A DNA stretch of 44,643 nt from Thermodesulfobacteriota bacterium (GTDB lineage: Bacteria; Desulfobacterota; Desulfobacteria; Desulfobacterales; ETH-SRB1), in NCBI GenBank assembly GCA_034721935.1, contig JAYENE010000125.1, forward strand, positions 1 to 44,643. The letters run 5' to 3'. How positions within the stretch are numbered: the first letter of the stretch is position 1; every line of letters begins with the position of its first letter. Under the pieces are notes generated by a model. It was not told where the DNA came from, made no database searches, and saw only the letters and a list, made by a program, of their open reading frames with translations. Shown one piece after another: positions 1-8,428 of this stretch. A program made the position numbers and the translations under genes.

Positions 1-120
1 TGAACTCGAAAATACAATTAATATGGGAGGGATCAAGGGGGGCGATATCAGCAAGAAGGCTTTTGCTGAATATTGGTGGTATGATTTAGGTTAGCATGGG
101 TGGTATGATTTTGCTTAGCG

Positions 121-321
121 CTATAGTATATTACGCAAATGTCTGGTAACAACCGATTTATCTCGCTGAAAGAGGTCAGCCATCTGGTTCAGATTCAGCC
201 AAACAGTTTTCTCATACAGGCTGACATCCACTTGGGTGGCGCCATCTTCGCTCTGGTATACAATGATTTTTCCTTTGTTTTCGCTTAGGAACGGGGACGA
301 AATAACTTCCCCAACTATGCA
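121..321 (-). pseudogene. RhuM-family protein, N-terminal fragment only (truncated, no start codon)
   Basis: The minus-strand open frame reads SENKGKIIVYQSEDGATQVDVSLYEKTVWLNLNQMADLFQRDKSVVTRHLRNIL-stop. This matches the conserved N-terminal block of RhuM-like proteins (IVxYQxxDG...TVWL...QMA.LF...H..NI). In-frame stops lie at 322-324 and 121-123, and no ATG/GTG/TTG precedes the conserved block. Full-length family members are several-fold longer. Confidence 0.55.
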
Positions 322-470
322 TCACAGCTTCAGGCCACCTTTGCCCGACCTCAAATCACAAAAATCTTGAAATAGCCTGCTATTCCATCAACTTTTGCGA
401 TCTGAGATCGAACAAATTTGACCCAAATCTATGCGCCTACTTGTGGAAGTTAATTCGTCCCCGTTCCTTA
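286..470. repeat. Inverted-repeat-bounded ~185-bp segment (MITE-like or invertible)
   Basis: AGGAACGGGGACGAAATAACTTCC at 287-310 and GGAAGTTAATTCGTCCCCGTTCCT at 445-468 form a 24-nt inverted repeat with one mismatch, enclosing ~134 bp. The segment begins 12 nt after the brxC stop and covers the expected 5-prime end of the RhuM-like remnant. Confidence 0.6.
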
Positions 471-482
471 TCGGTTCTCTTT

Positions 483-3400
483 TTACGAAATTACAATAGG
501 GCCGTCCTGGATCTTATCAAGAAGGTTTTTCTCAACATCCTCGATCCAGTTCCTGACATCATCCTCAGTTTTCAGGGTTCCGCTGGTGAGTTTAACAGTC
601 TGGGTTTCGGGTTCCAGCAGCCTTGCCGCTGAAACTGCCGCGTTGCTGAACTGCTTCGGCAATGCATCGATTTTGGTCTTCCAAATGGTTATCGATGTCT
701 CTTCTAAAGATTGAACCAATTTTGAGTCATCCCCTATGGAAAGGTCAGGAATATCGGCTATCTCTTCTGTAAATAAAATTTCTTCCTGCTGAACGGAAGA
801 TATTGTATTCCAGTTGTCATTATCTTCTAAAGCAGTCATTTCATGATCATAAGCGGCCTTGAAATCATCATAGGCTCTCTTTACAGCCTTGCGGAGAGCT
901 GTGACAGCATCTTTGTGAATCGCTGGAACAGGATCGGTTTTGTCAAGCAGGCGTCTTTCCTCGTGAACAGCATTAACCTGCTGGTTAAGATCTTGTGATT
1001 CAGGTAGGGTTGTGTTGTGTTTCAACAGGAGTTGGAGCGTTTCCCATGCGGGTTTCCGTTTTGTGGCCAGATCCGCCAGGGCTGACCAATCCTTGACCTG
1101 TTTTGAAAGCGTTTTATATTGATTCAGAATTTCAGCAAGCTGCTCGTTACCGGCTAACACTCTCAAATTATCAAGATGATCCGTTGAAGGACGTTCCGGC
1201 ATTGGCGGATCACCACTGGCCCGGTCTGCCATGTCCGATAGATGAGTGAGAAATTGACTTGCAGCAATTGATTCTTCATCGGGTTTGCAGGGAATTCCAG
1301 CGCCTTGGAACAGTTTGCGTAGTTTGATACGAGCCCTCGCATCGATGGTTATTGTTTCCACACGGAAATCACTAACCGACATCTTCGCCTGGTCAAGTTG
1401 TCCCTGTTTGAGCTGAACGCCTTTGTGTGTAACCCGAATGTGATCCGTTGTGAACAATGTAATCAAGGCTGCATCAATTGCATCACGGGGCCAGCCATAG
1501 GGGGCGCTTTCAAAAGCATCTCTAATATCTTTGCCTTTCTTTCCGGAACCGATTTCAGAAATTATAGCAGAGCAAACCTGATGTTTCTCAGGTGCATCGT
1601 TCCAGTCGACGGCCTGCAAAGCAGCATCAGAACCGCTCTTGGCTCGATTGATAACAGTGTGCCAGCGGTCGTCATCCGCATCTTGAAAATTTGGGAAAAG
1701 CCGATCCAGGGAGATTTCAGCGGCTGAATTCACTTTGTCTTTCAGGGTCAGATCAAACAATTCCTGGCCGCCACCTTGAATAACTTTGGCTGCATTTATC
1801 ACATCCTGGATAATGCTGTTACGAGTAACTTCGGATGAACCCATGCGGGTTGTCATTGAATCACGGGCTTCCTGGCCTTCCGGTGTTGTGGGCGTGCCCT
1901 TGAATTCGATGGTCGCCTTTGCTGCCTCGTATTCTGTGATCGCCTTTTTAAGGTCATCGGCGCCGGCTTTGGGAACATATACGTATATAACCGGACTGTC
2001 TGTTCCAGCGGCCCGGGCATCGGCAAGCGCCGTGCTTTCATTTTCGCCCCAACCATCACGTATCCAGACTGGAATTTCGTTGCCTTTAACTTCAGGTGGT
2101 TCAGTTCCAAAATGGATAGATAACTTGCGCGCCGCTTTGCACTTCCCTTGAAGTAGTTTGATGCCATTCAGGACATCAGAGCATGCCGCAATCAATAGAC
2201 AAGAACGCTTACTGGATAGTGAAGTCAGGTCGTTACTCAATTTGGTCTGCCGGTTACGAAACTTCCGGCCCCACTCGCTGCTTTCTCTGGTCTGAAGGCT
2301 GTATTCCTCGTCAATCTTAATAAGCTTCCCCTTATCAACCAGTTTGTCGAGAATTTGAGGAATTTCTTTCCTTAGGGTTGCGCCATTGTTTGCAAGATCG
2401 CTTATGAGAAGATCAGCCATCATTTCAGGTGTAGCCCGAACACCAATGTCAGCAACCTCTTCACGCGGCAATTTCCGAACCAGGAAGACAAGTCCGCATA
2501 TACGCTTAGCCAGCTCCCCTTCCGGGGTCCCGTCATCAAGGTTTCTGACAGTTTCGTCTATTTCCCTCAACAATACACCAGTACGGAGTAGGTCAGGCTG
2601 AAGCTGATTAAAAATGAAGTCAGCCGGCATGACGGTACCAAGGGATTTTTCGGCCATTTCCTTTACCGCATCATAAACGATACGCAGTTGTGTCCGCACC
2701 TGGCTGCTGGTGCCAGGGATATCAACGGCACGTAAGGTATGCTCCCAAAAACGCCTGCGAACAGGCAAAAGAGGATAGTCATCTACAATGATCGCACGGT
2801 CTTCAGTCCGAGTCCCAATACGTGTGCCGGAAAGCTGCCGGTCTATTTCGCCTGCATGAGCATTAAGCGTATTTTCAATGGCTTTGCGTTTGTCAGCCTT
2901 TTTGGCGAGTACCACTCGACGGGTTACTGTTTCAACATCCGAATCGGAGAGTTCAACAGGTATCGTAAAGCGGTCCCTGAGGCGCTGCATTAAAGGTACA
3001 CTCCCGGCAAGAGCTGTTTGGCCCGCACCTATGAGTAAAACCCGGCTATTGAGCTGTTTGCAAATGGCTTCGGCAATTTCCATTACATCAGTAGAACGTT
3101 TAGCGCTGTCCCCAATGAACAACTGGATTTCATCAAGCACAATAACGGTGCAAGGGATTTCCCCATTTGTCGAAAGAATCTTGCGGATAATTCGGATGAA
3201 TTCCTCGGTTGAAACATCTTTCACAACAGGGAACTGGGTACGCAGCGCTGCGCGAGCCTGCTTAAGATCCGGGGCAAAGGCGGGATCAGCATCTAACAAT
3301 GCTTGAGCCACAATGGGACTGACGTAGAGGTCATGCAGTTCACTCTGAAAATCTTTGCCGACAGATTCAATAGATACCTTAACCTTTTCATATAGATTGT

Positions 3401-3929
3401 TTTTCTGAAGCCAGAGGCAGAACTGTGCCTGAGGCAGTGAGCTCGGAAGACCTTTGGAACGCAAAATGATACTTAAAACAGCAAGTCGCATGCTTTCACC
3501 ACCACCGGAAGGCAGGGTTCCTGCTGCGGCATGAAGTCCGCCGCATCGCTTTCCCAACGTATCCAGCTCTCTCAGTAGATCGTTTGCCTCGTCCGGCAAC
3601 TGGGTCAGGCCACGGGCAGTCGCGCTATCAGACTCAAACTGGGTATCCACCCATAAATGTCTGAACATTTTGAGAAGGTGAGATTTGCCGCTTCCCAAAA
3701 AACCGCTTACCCATGCGGCAGGCTGAACCGTTGAATCCGCATTCCCCATATACGATTCAAGAATTCGGATAAGGCCTCCCTTATATTGGCCTTCACAGAC
3801 AAAGCGCTCCAGCTCATAACGCAGTGTTTCAATTTCTTTGGTAGTCGCTGATTCCGTTACAGCAGCCACACCGTCATTGAGCAGCTTTGTAGTAGCGGGA
3901 TCTCGTTGAAATATTTCACGATTTTTCAT
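483..3929 (-). CDS. brxC: BREX system P-loop ATPase BrxC/PglY
   Basis: 1148-aa ORF with Walker A GFLGSGKSH after a ~75-aa leader and a Walker B-like VIVLDEIQ. Its size, P-loop position and location directly after DUF1819- and DUF1788-like genes match BrxC. Confidence 0.8.
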   Translation of the reverse strand: MKNREIFQRDPATTKLLNDGVAAVTESATTKEIETLRYELERFVCEGQYKGGLIRILESYMGNADSTVQPAAWVSGFLGSGKSHLLKMFRHLWVDTQFESDSATARGLTQLPDEANDLLRELDTLGKRCGGLHAAAGTLPSGGGESMRLAVLSIILRSKGLPSSLPQAQFCLWLQKNNLYEKVKVSIESVGKDFQSELHDLYVSPIVAQALLDADPAFAPDLKQARAALRTQFPVVKDVSTEEFIRIIRKILSTNGEIPCTVIVLDEIQLFIGDSAKRSTDVMEIAEAICKQLNSRVLLIGAGQTALAGSVPLMQRLRDRFTIPVELSDSDVETVTRRVVLAKKADKRKAIENTLNAHAGEIDRQLSGTRIGTRTEDRAIIVDDYPLLPVRRRFWEHTLRAVDIPGTSSQVRTQLRIVYDAVKEMAEKSLGTVMPADFIFNQLQPDLLRTGVLLREIDETVRNLDDGTPEGELAKRICGLVFLVRKLPREEVADIGVRATPEMMADLLISDLANNGATLRKEIPQILDKLVDKGKLIKIDEEYSLQTRESSEWGRKFRNRQTKLSNDLTSLSSKRSCLLIAACSDVLNGIKLLQGKCKAARKLSIHFGTEPPEVKGNEIPVWIRDGWGENESTALADARAAGTDSPVIYVYVPKAGADDLKKAITEYEAAKATIEFKGTPTTPEGQEARDSMTTRMGSSEVTRNSIIQDVINAAKVIQGGGQELFDLTLKDKVNSAAEISLDRLFPNFQDADDDRWHTVINRAKSGSDAALQAVDWNDAPEKHQVCSAIISEIGSGKKGKDIRDAFESAPYGWPRDAIDAALITLFTTDHIRVTHKGVQLKQGQLDQAKMSVSDFRVETITIDARARIKLRKLFQGAGIPCKPDEESIAASQFLTHLSDMADRASGDPPMPERPSTDHLDNLRVLAGNEQLAEILNQYKTLSKQVKDWSALADLATKRKPAWETLQLLLKHNTTLPESQDLNQQVNAVHEERRLLDKTDPVPAIHKDAVTALRKAVKRAYDDFKAAYDHEMTALEDNDNWNTISSVQQEEILFTEEIADIPDLSIGDDSKLVQSLEETSITIWKTKIDALPKQFSNAAVSAARLLEPETQTVKLTSGTLKTEDDVRNWIEDVEKNLLDKIQDGPIVIS

Positions 3930-4489
3930 TAGTCGTTCACCCCGTTATGTAATGTTATTGGGACTGCTAAGTAATTCCATCCGTCCCGTGCATCAAGGAG
4001 TCGATAATTGTTATTGTCAAACTCACCCGGAAAGAAGAGCAACAAACGCCCCTGAATGTCGTGCACGACTTCCTTCAAGACCAAAGATACCTTGGTGAAT
4101 CCATATAAACTTGCCACTCCATATACTGCCACAACGGTATCGACATTTACATCCGGGGCCATCAGGGCCTTGCGGAGTTCCTGAGCAGCAAACTGTAAAA
4201 AATTGCTTTGAAGTTTCATCGTCAGGTCTTCCGGTGATTCGAAATATAGCTCCCTGTATTCTGTGTTGGCCATCCAATCAGCGAAGGTTTTGGTGAAATT
4301 AAGAGACTTCCAATTATGCCCGGCATCGATAGTTGCCATCTCAAAAAGTTCAAGCCTTGCGCGCAGCTTACGCTCGTCCTCTTTAGGATAGACCGCAAAA
4401 ATGGCCTTTTGATCTCCAGCCAGGTTGCGTTGCCATGGCGCAGAAATATGATTCTGATATCGATTTGCAAGTTCTTCAATCCGTCCCAT
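3929..4489 (-). CDS. brxB: BREX protein BrxB (DUF1788)
   Basis: 186 aa. The opening block MGRIEELANRYQNHISAPWQRNLAGDQKAIFAVYPKEDERKLRARLELFE is the conserved DUF1788 signature. The stop overlaps the brxC ATG by 1 nt (TAATG). Confidence 0.75.
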   Translation of the reverse strand: MGRIEELANRYQNHISAPWQRNLAGDQKAIFAVYPKEDERKLRARLELFEMATIDAGHNWKSLNFTKTFADWMANTEYRELYFESPEDLTMKLQSNFLQFAAQELRKALMAPDVNVDTVVAVYGVASLYGFTKVSLVLKEVVHDIQGRLLLFFPGEFDNNNYRLLDARDGWNYLAVPITLHNGVND

Positions 4490-5315
4490 GAATCAACCGC
4501 CTTTCATCTTCTGTTAACATGCGGGTGAATGAAACCTCAACTACACCACCTGCTTGACTCAAGTCTAAAAACCCTAAGCGTTTTGCGTTGGTAGCCAAAG
4601 AGAGCAGCTCTTCGGCAGGTGTATCAAGCACTTTAGCCCAAGGGGTGTTAAACAAACCACTACCACGAGCCCCCAGAATATATCCCAATAAAAGGGCATA
4701 GGCCGTCACAATAGGCGTAGGGTTGACCTTCTGCCGATATTTTCGCACACGACCTTTTAAATGCCCGGACTGTGTCCATGAGGATGATATATTGCGCACA
4801 ACCGTATCAAGCGTGCTGTCATTTAATCTATTTTCGACACTCTGACGAAGAGCATCTGTCAATTTCTGACGTACGAGCTCTTCCCCAGAGTGCATCTGTA
4901 AAACAGGGGTGACAGTCACTCTTAGGAGAGGGTCGCGAGCCAAACCGGTTAGAAGTGCAAGAAGAGGACGTCCGTTTTCGTCAACCTGCCATAATGACCG
5001 TAGAACTCGAAAAAGAAGGATAGATGGATTTAAACCGTAGAGTTCGCTGAGTCTTTGACAGGAAAGCTTACGTGTGGATACAGTTTTTTTACTTAGACAA
5101 TTTTGGTCAATGATCGCTGAAACATAATCCGCACGAGATGCCTGAGCGCTTTGATCTGCGATCAATAGCTCCAATTCTTTCAGCATAATAGTTCTGCTCG
5201 TGTGTGTACCAATATCTCCAATTCGAAAACCTGCCTTAATCCAGGGCTGAGAATCTACTGACTCCGGCACATGAGCATTTTCTTTAAGTATTGGATCATG
5301 TTTCATATCAACCAT
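4476..5315 (-). CDS. brxA: BREX protein BrxA (DUF1819)
   Basis: 279 aa and first gene of the brxA-brxB-brxC order. The region IKAGFRIG...DQNCLSKKTVSTRKLSCQRLSELYGL resembles DUF1819. It overlaps the brxB start by 14 nt. Confidence 0.65.
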   Translation of the reverse strand: MVDMKHDPILKENAHVPESVDSQPWIKAGFRIGDIGTHTSRTIMLKELELLIADQSAQASRADYVSAIIDQNCLSKKTVSTRKLSCQRLSELYGLNPSILLFRVLRSLWQVDENGRPLLALLTGLARDPLLRVTVTPVLQMHSGEELVRQKLTDALRQSVENRLNDSTLDTVVRNISSSWTQSGHLKGRVRKYRQKVNPTPIVTAYALLLGYILGARGSGLFNTPWAKVLDTPAEELLSLATNAKRLGFLDLSQAGGVVEVSFTRMLTEDERRLIHGTD

Positions 5316-5522
5316 TCTATTTTCGCCTGCAAAGTTGCAGGCAAAAAATAATATTTAATTTAAACTTAAACCTCAAGAAAAAATTGAGAGAAATGCATAA
5401 AATTCTTATTATCCTACTTGCATTTCAATTTTCACAAAAAAGTTCTAAGCTCAAATTTACGATAAGCTCTATAGCAACTTCTGCCTTGACAGATAGGTAT
5501 AACAGTTATATGTTTAATTAAT

Positions 5523-5801
5523 ATAAGATTCAAGTTTGATAGGAAAAAAAGTGAAAAATTAAGAAAAGATCCAAGACGAAGAATTGGTTTTGATGAGGTT
5601 CAGGAAATTTGGAATCATTATCATTATGTTGACTGTCGATCAGATAACCCTGAACAATTTCGTGCAATAGGCTGGGTACAAGACAAGCTATATTCTGTCA
5701 TATATGAAGTTAGGGAAGACAAGGATGGTGAATATTATCATCTTGTTACACTTTGGAAGACAACCAGGAAAGAGGAAAAACTATATGAAAAAAACAGCTA
5801 A
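5523..5801 (+). CDS. BrnT-like (DUF497) toxin; no canonical start codon, possibly inactivated
   Basis: The frame is open from 5490 to stop 5799-5801. It reads (I)RFKFDRKKSEKLRKDPRRRIGFDEVQEIW...FRAIGWVQDKLYSVIYEVRE...YHLVTLWKTTRKEEKLYEKNS, which follows the BrnT pattern (F.WD..K...N..KHG..F.E......A.G......V.Y..R....I.S.R.A...E...Y). ATA (5523) sits where ATG is expected, and there is no in-frame ATG/GTG/TTG. The gene overlaps the antitoxin by 17 nt. Confidence 0.5.
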   Translation: MRFKFDRKKSEKLRKDPRRRIGFDEVQEIWNHYHYVDCRSDNPEQFRAIGWVQDKLYSVIYEVREDKDGEYYHLVTLWKTTRKEEKLYEKNS

Positions 5802-6090
5802 GAAAAAGTCTCCAACCGCAGATGAAATTGCTGAACTGGCGATGAAAGGAGACGATGTTTCAAAGTTTTTTACAAATGAAGGCGAGATGAGGCCTCCTAT
5901 TCAGAGAGTTAATGTTGATTTTACCCTTGATATGCTGAAGGAGTTGGATAACATAGCAAAAAAAATGAATATTAGCCGTCAAGCGATGATAAAATCGTAT
6001 CTCCGTCAAGCATTGGACCAACATTATTTAGCCAGGCAGCGACAAGCAGCGACAAGCGGGACACCAGGACATCCACAGAAACGCCCATGA
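5785..6090 (+). CDS. BrnA-like ribbon-helix-helix antitoxin
   Basis: MKKTAKKKSPTADEIAELA...VNVDFTLDMLKELDNIAKKMNISRQAMIKSYLRQALDQH is typical of BrnA/CopG-type antitoxins. The ATG at 5785 overlaps the toxin 3-prime end. The longer ORF-track start at 5704 would run through the toxin gene and is rejected. Confidence 0.65.
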   Translation: MKKTAKKKSPTADEIAELAMKGDDVSKFFTNEGEMRPPIQRVNVDFTLDMLKELDNIAKKMNISRQAMIKSYLRQALDQHYLARQRQAATSGTPGHPQKRP

Positions 6091-6118
6091 AAATATGCGT
6101 TTCATGTCCAGTTGATGT

Positions 6119-6297
6119 GTAACTTCTCAATAAGTTCGGGCAATAGCATCTACCGAAGTTTTGTCAATTAGTTGGTCGTGTGATGAGAAATCTCTCGTAG
6201 GGGCGGCTTTACGCCGCCTGCCGAGTCGATTCTGGCGGGATAAACCCGCCCCTACGGCTGTAATTCCGAATATCGCCAGAGGTTATTGAGAAGTTAC
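6119..6297. mobile_element. 179-bp MITE-like element with 15-bp perfect TIRs and an 8-bp TSD
   Basis: GTAACTTCTCAATAA at 6119-6133 and TTATTGAGAAGTTAC at 6283-6297 are perfect terminal inverted repeats. GTTGATGT is duplicated directly outside them at 6111-6118 and 6298-6305. The interior carries a GTAGGGGCGG...CCGCCCCTAC hairpin element (6196-6256). Confidence 0.75.
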
Positions 6298-6613
6298 GTT
6301 GATGTATGCTATGTGATTATTTATACTAAGAAAAACAGAGTAAACCAAAATATCGAAATGTTGCTGATGCCCCGGTTTGTGCTTTTGGGGCTCTTTAGTT
6401 TCCCGGTTTCTCCTAAGGGTCGAATCCCGCCCGAAAGCGGGACTGCGGCTTGCCGCAGTGAGTTTCAATTTGGCTCCTTTATTACCTGTCAAATATTTTC
6501 CTTTTGTGAACAACTGCATTATGTCCACAGACATTTTGTCTATACATCAATACCCTAAAAAATATCCATAATTATCCATAAAAGACCTTGACAACATCAT
6601 TTTTTGGATATAT

Positions 6614-7669
6614 ATGGATATTATTATGGATACTCCTAAACTTCAGATCCTTCCGGAATATATTAAGCTGATCTCAAAAATCGATGAGTTCAAAGGAAAA
6701 TGGCAGGCGCTGAGCAGTCTCGCTCCTGACCGATTGGCGCTGCTTAAACGTGTCGCTACTATCGAATCTGTGGGTTCCTCCACCAGGATCGAGGGCGCCA
6801 GGTTAACGGATAGTGAAGTGGAAAGATTGTTGTCGGGACTAAGTACCACCTCTTTTAGGTCAAGGGACGAAGAGGAAGTAGCCGGTTATACTGAAGCGAT
6901 GGAGTTGGTATTTGAGTCATACAGTAAAATCCAAATAGACGAAAATCATATCAAGCAATTACATCAGGTCCTCTTAAAGCATTCATCAAAAGATGCCCGG
7001 CACAGAGGCGAGTACAAGAAGTTTCCGAATCATGTAGAGGCATTTGCCGAAGACGGCAGGAGCCTCGGAATCATTTTTGAAACTGCTTCTCCTTTTGATA
7101 CGCCATTCATGATGGCTGAGTTAATCGAATGGTTTAATAAGGAATGGAAAAGAAGAGAGTTCCATCCTCTCCTGCTTATCGCCATATTTCTTGTTAACTT
7201 TTTAGCCATCCACCCGTTTCAGGATGGAAACGGAAGGTTGTCTCGTATATTCACGACTTTAACGTTATTAAAATCGGGATATTCCTATGTGCCTTACTCT
7301 TCATTAGAAAGAGTCATAGAGGACAATAAGGATCAATACTACTTAGCTCTGAGGCATGCCCAGTCAACCCTTTACACAGATAATGGAAAACTTAATGACT
7401 GGATATTGTTTTTCCTCGAATCGTTAAGAAAGCAGGTCTCTGTTCTGGAATCCAAGATCAAGACTGAAAATGTTATTGCCCAATTGCCGCCACTGTCTCA
7501 GGAGATTGTACAGATTGCCAAACAACACGGAAAAGTCATGGTACGTGATGCTCAGAGAATTACCGGAGCCAACAGGAATACCATTAAAGCTCATATTGCA
7601 AAATTAGTACGAAGGGGCCGGTTGAAGATGGTTGGAAGGGGTAAGGGTACATGGTATAAGCTTCCTTAG
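6614..7669 (+). CDS. Fic family protein (class II, N-terminal inhibitory motif, C-terminal wHTH)
   Basis: Carries the Fic active-site motif HPFQDGNGRLSR. The upstream SSTRIEG fits the (S/T)xxxE(G/N) autoinhibitory helix, and ESVGSSTRIEG looks like a Fic_N domain. The basic C-terminal tail ...RRGRLKMVGRGKGTWYKL is consistent with a winged helix. Confidence 0.9.
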   Translation: MDIIMDTPKLQILPEYIKLISKIDEFKGKWQALSSLAPDRLALLKRVATIESVGSSTRIEGARLTDSEVERLLSGLSTTSFRSRDEEEVAGYTEAMELVFESYSKIQIDENHIKQLHQVLLKHSSKDARHRGEYKKFPNHVEAFAEDGRSLGIIFETASPFDTPFMMAELIEWFNKEWKRREFHPLLLIAIFLVNFLAIHPFQDGNGRLSRIFTTLTLLKSGYSYVPYSSLERVIEDNKDQYYLALRHAQSTLYTDNGKLNDWILFFLESLRKQVSVLESKIKTENVIAQLPPLSQEIVQIAKQHGKVMVRDAQRITGANRNTIKAHIAKLVRRGRLKMVGRGKGTWYKLP

Positions 7670-7737
7670 CGCCTATGACAGCCCCTTCTTGCGTCTGGGG
7701 TCGGACCAAGGTAATCGTTTGATATCACACTAAATGA

Positions 7738-7879
7738 GAGACCTTTGCAAAACGCCCCCTTTTGCCCAATTTCGGCGTCAGGCTCAAATTTTAAGCCTCG
7801 AAATACTCAATGTATTCCTACATTTAAAATTTTCGCCTTCCTTGAACTTGAACAAAATTGAGCATTTTTCAAAGGTCTC
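7738..7879. mobile_element. 142-bp MITE-like element with a 5-bp TSD
   Basis: The TIRs are GAGACCTTTGCAAAACGC (7738-) and the complement of GAGACCTTTGAAAAATGC (-7879), about 16/18 identical. AATGA is duplicated at 7733-7737 and 7880-7884. Confidence 0.6.
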
Positions 7880-8218
7880 AATGATTGTGAACATTGCTTG
7901 TATTTTTGGTTTAGAGCAGTGATTTTGACATGAAAATGACGCTTCTGTGTGCCGTCTCGGCATTTTTTCTTGACAAGGCCGGAGGTTTGGGGTTGGCCCT
8001 CGATTCACAACTTTGAAAAATAGCAGGTTTCCATTTTTTTATACCCTCCTCGTAAAAGGATCTTCCCAACAAGACGTGAATCCATCTAAAGGAAAAAATT
8101 AGGGTCACCAATTTTCCAATACCTTGCCGACTCAAAAAAGCCTTCCTGAAGGTGTTTTTCACCCCTGTGTAACATCCCGCTAATGGTATCACTTCATATT
8201 GATGCAGGTGGGATAATT

Positions 8219-8252
8219 GAAGATTCCCTGCAGCAAGCTGCAGGGAATCTTC
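8219..8252. repeat. Perfect 15-bp-stem palindrome
   Basis: The sequence is GAAGATTCCCTGCAG-caag-CTGCAGGGAATCTTC. A second hairpin, CCCCGCA-aaaagc-TGCGGGG, follows near 8294-8313. No flanking T-run is present, so these are not clear intrinsic terminators. Confidence 0.5.
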
Positions 8253-8428
8253 GACTGTAAGGAATTCTATCAATTTTTTGATTCGCTCGCTAACCCCGCA
8301 AAAAGCTGCGGGGAATGCGCTCGCTGTTGCAGTTCAACTTTTAGTAAATTTATCAATATTTGGTTGGGTTGTTATATGGATGAATGGAAGCTGCTGCGAG
8401 AAACTGTATCTTTTAGGTTTATTGCGCT

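Noticed and set aside
1-93. Plus-strand frame ending ...ELENTINMGGIKGGDISKKAFAEYWWYDLG-stop, considered as the 3-prime end of a gene running in from the left edge
   Set aside because: Only ~30 codons are visible and no motif is recognisable. It cannot be distinguished from chance. The direct repeat GGTGGTATGATTT x2 (about 75-87 and 100-112) lies just after it.
1398-3306. Several 70-140-aa plus-strand ORFs (1398-1727, 1786-2151, 2386-2601, 2739-2993, 2878-3306)
   Set aside because: All are antisense shadows inside the continuous 1148-aa brxC frame.
5704-5784. Upstream extension of the antitoxin ORF (track start 5704)
   Set aside because: The extension lies inside the BrnT-like frame. The ATG at 5785 gives the family-typical N-terminus and the usual short toxin-antitoxin overlap.
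6380-6470. tRNA-like T-arm sequence (agggtcgaatcccgccc) plus hairpins tcccgc-ccgaaa-gcggga and ctgcggc-ttg-ccgcag, considered as a possible tRNA gene or att-site remnant marking the island border
   Set aside because: The T-loop is one nucleotide short of the GGTTCGAATCC consensus. No acceptor, D or anticodon arms can be built on either strand, and there is no CCA context. It is more likely another GC-rich palindromic repeat.
7911-8273. 120-aa minus-strand ORF, with faint resemblance of GVKNTFRKAFLSRQGIGKLV... to transposase C-termini
   Set aside because: The similarity is too weak to call and no DDE motif is present. The ORF runs through the perfect palindrome at 8219-8252. It is treated as non-coding or possibly a decayed remnant.
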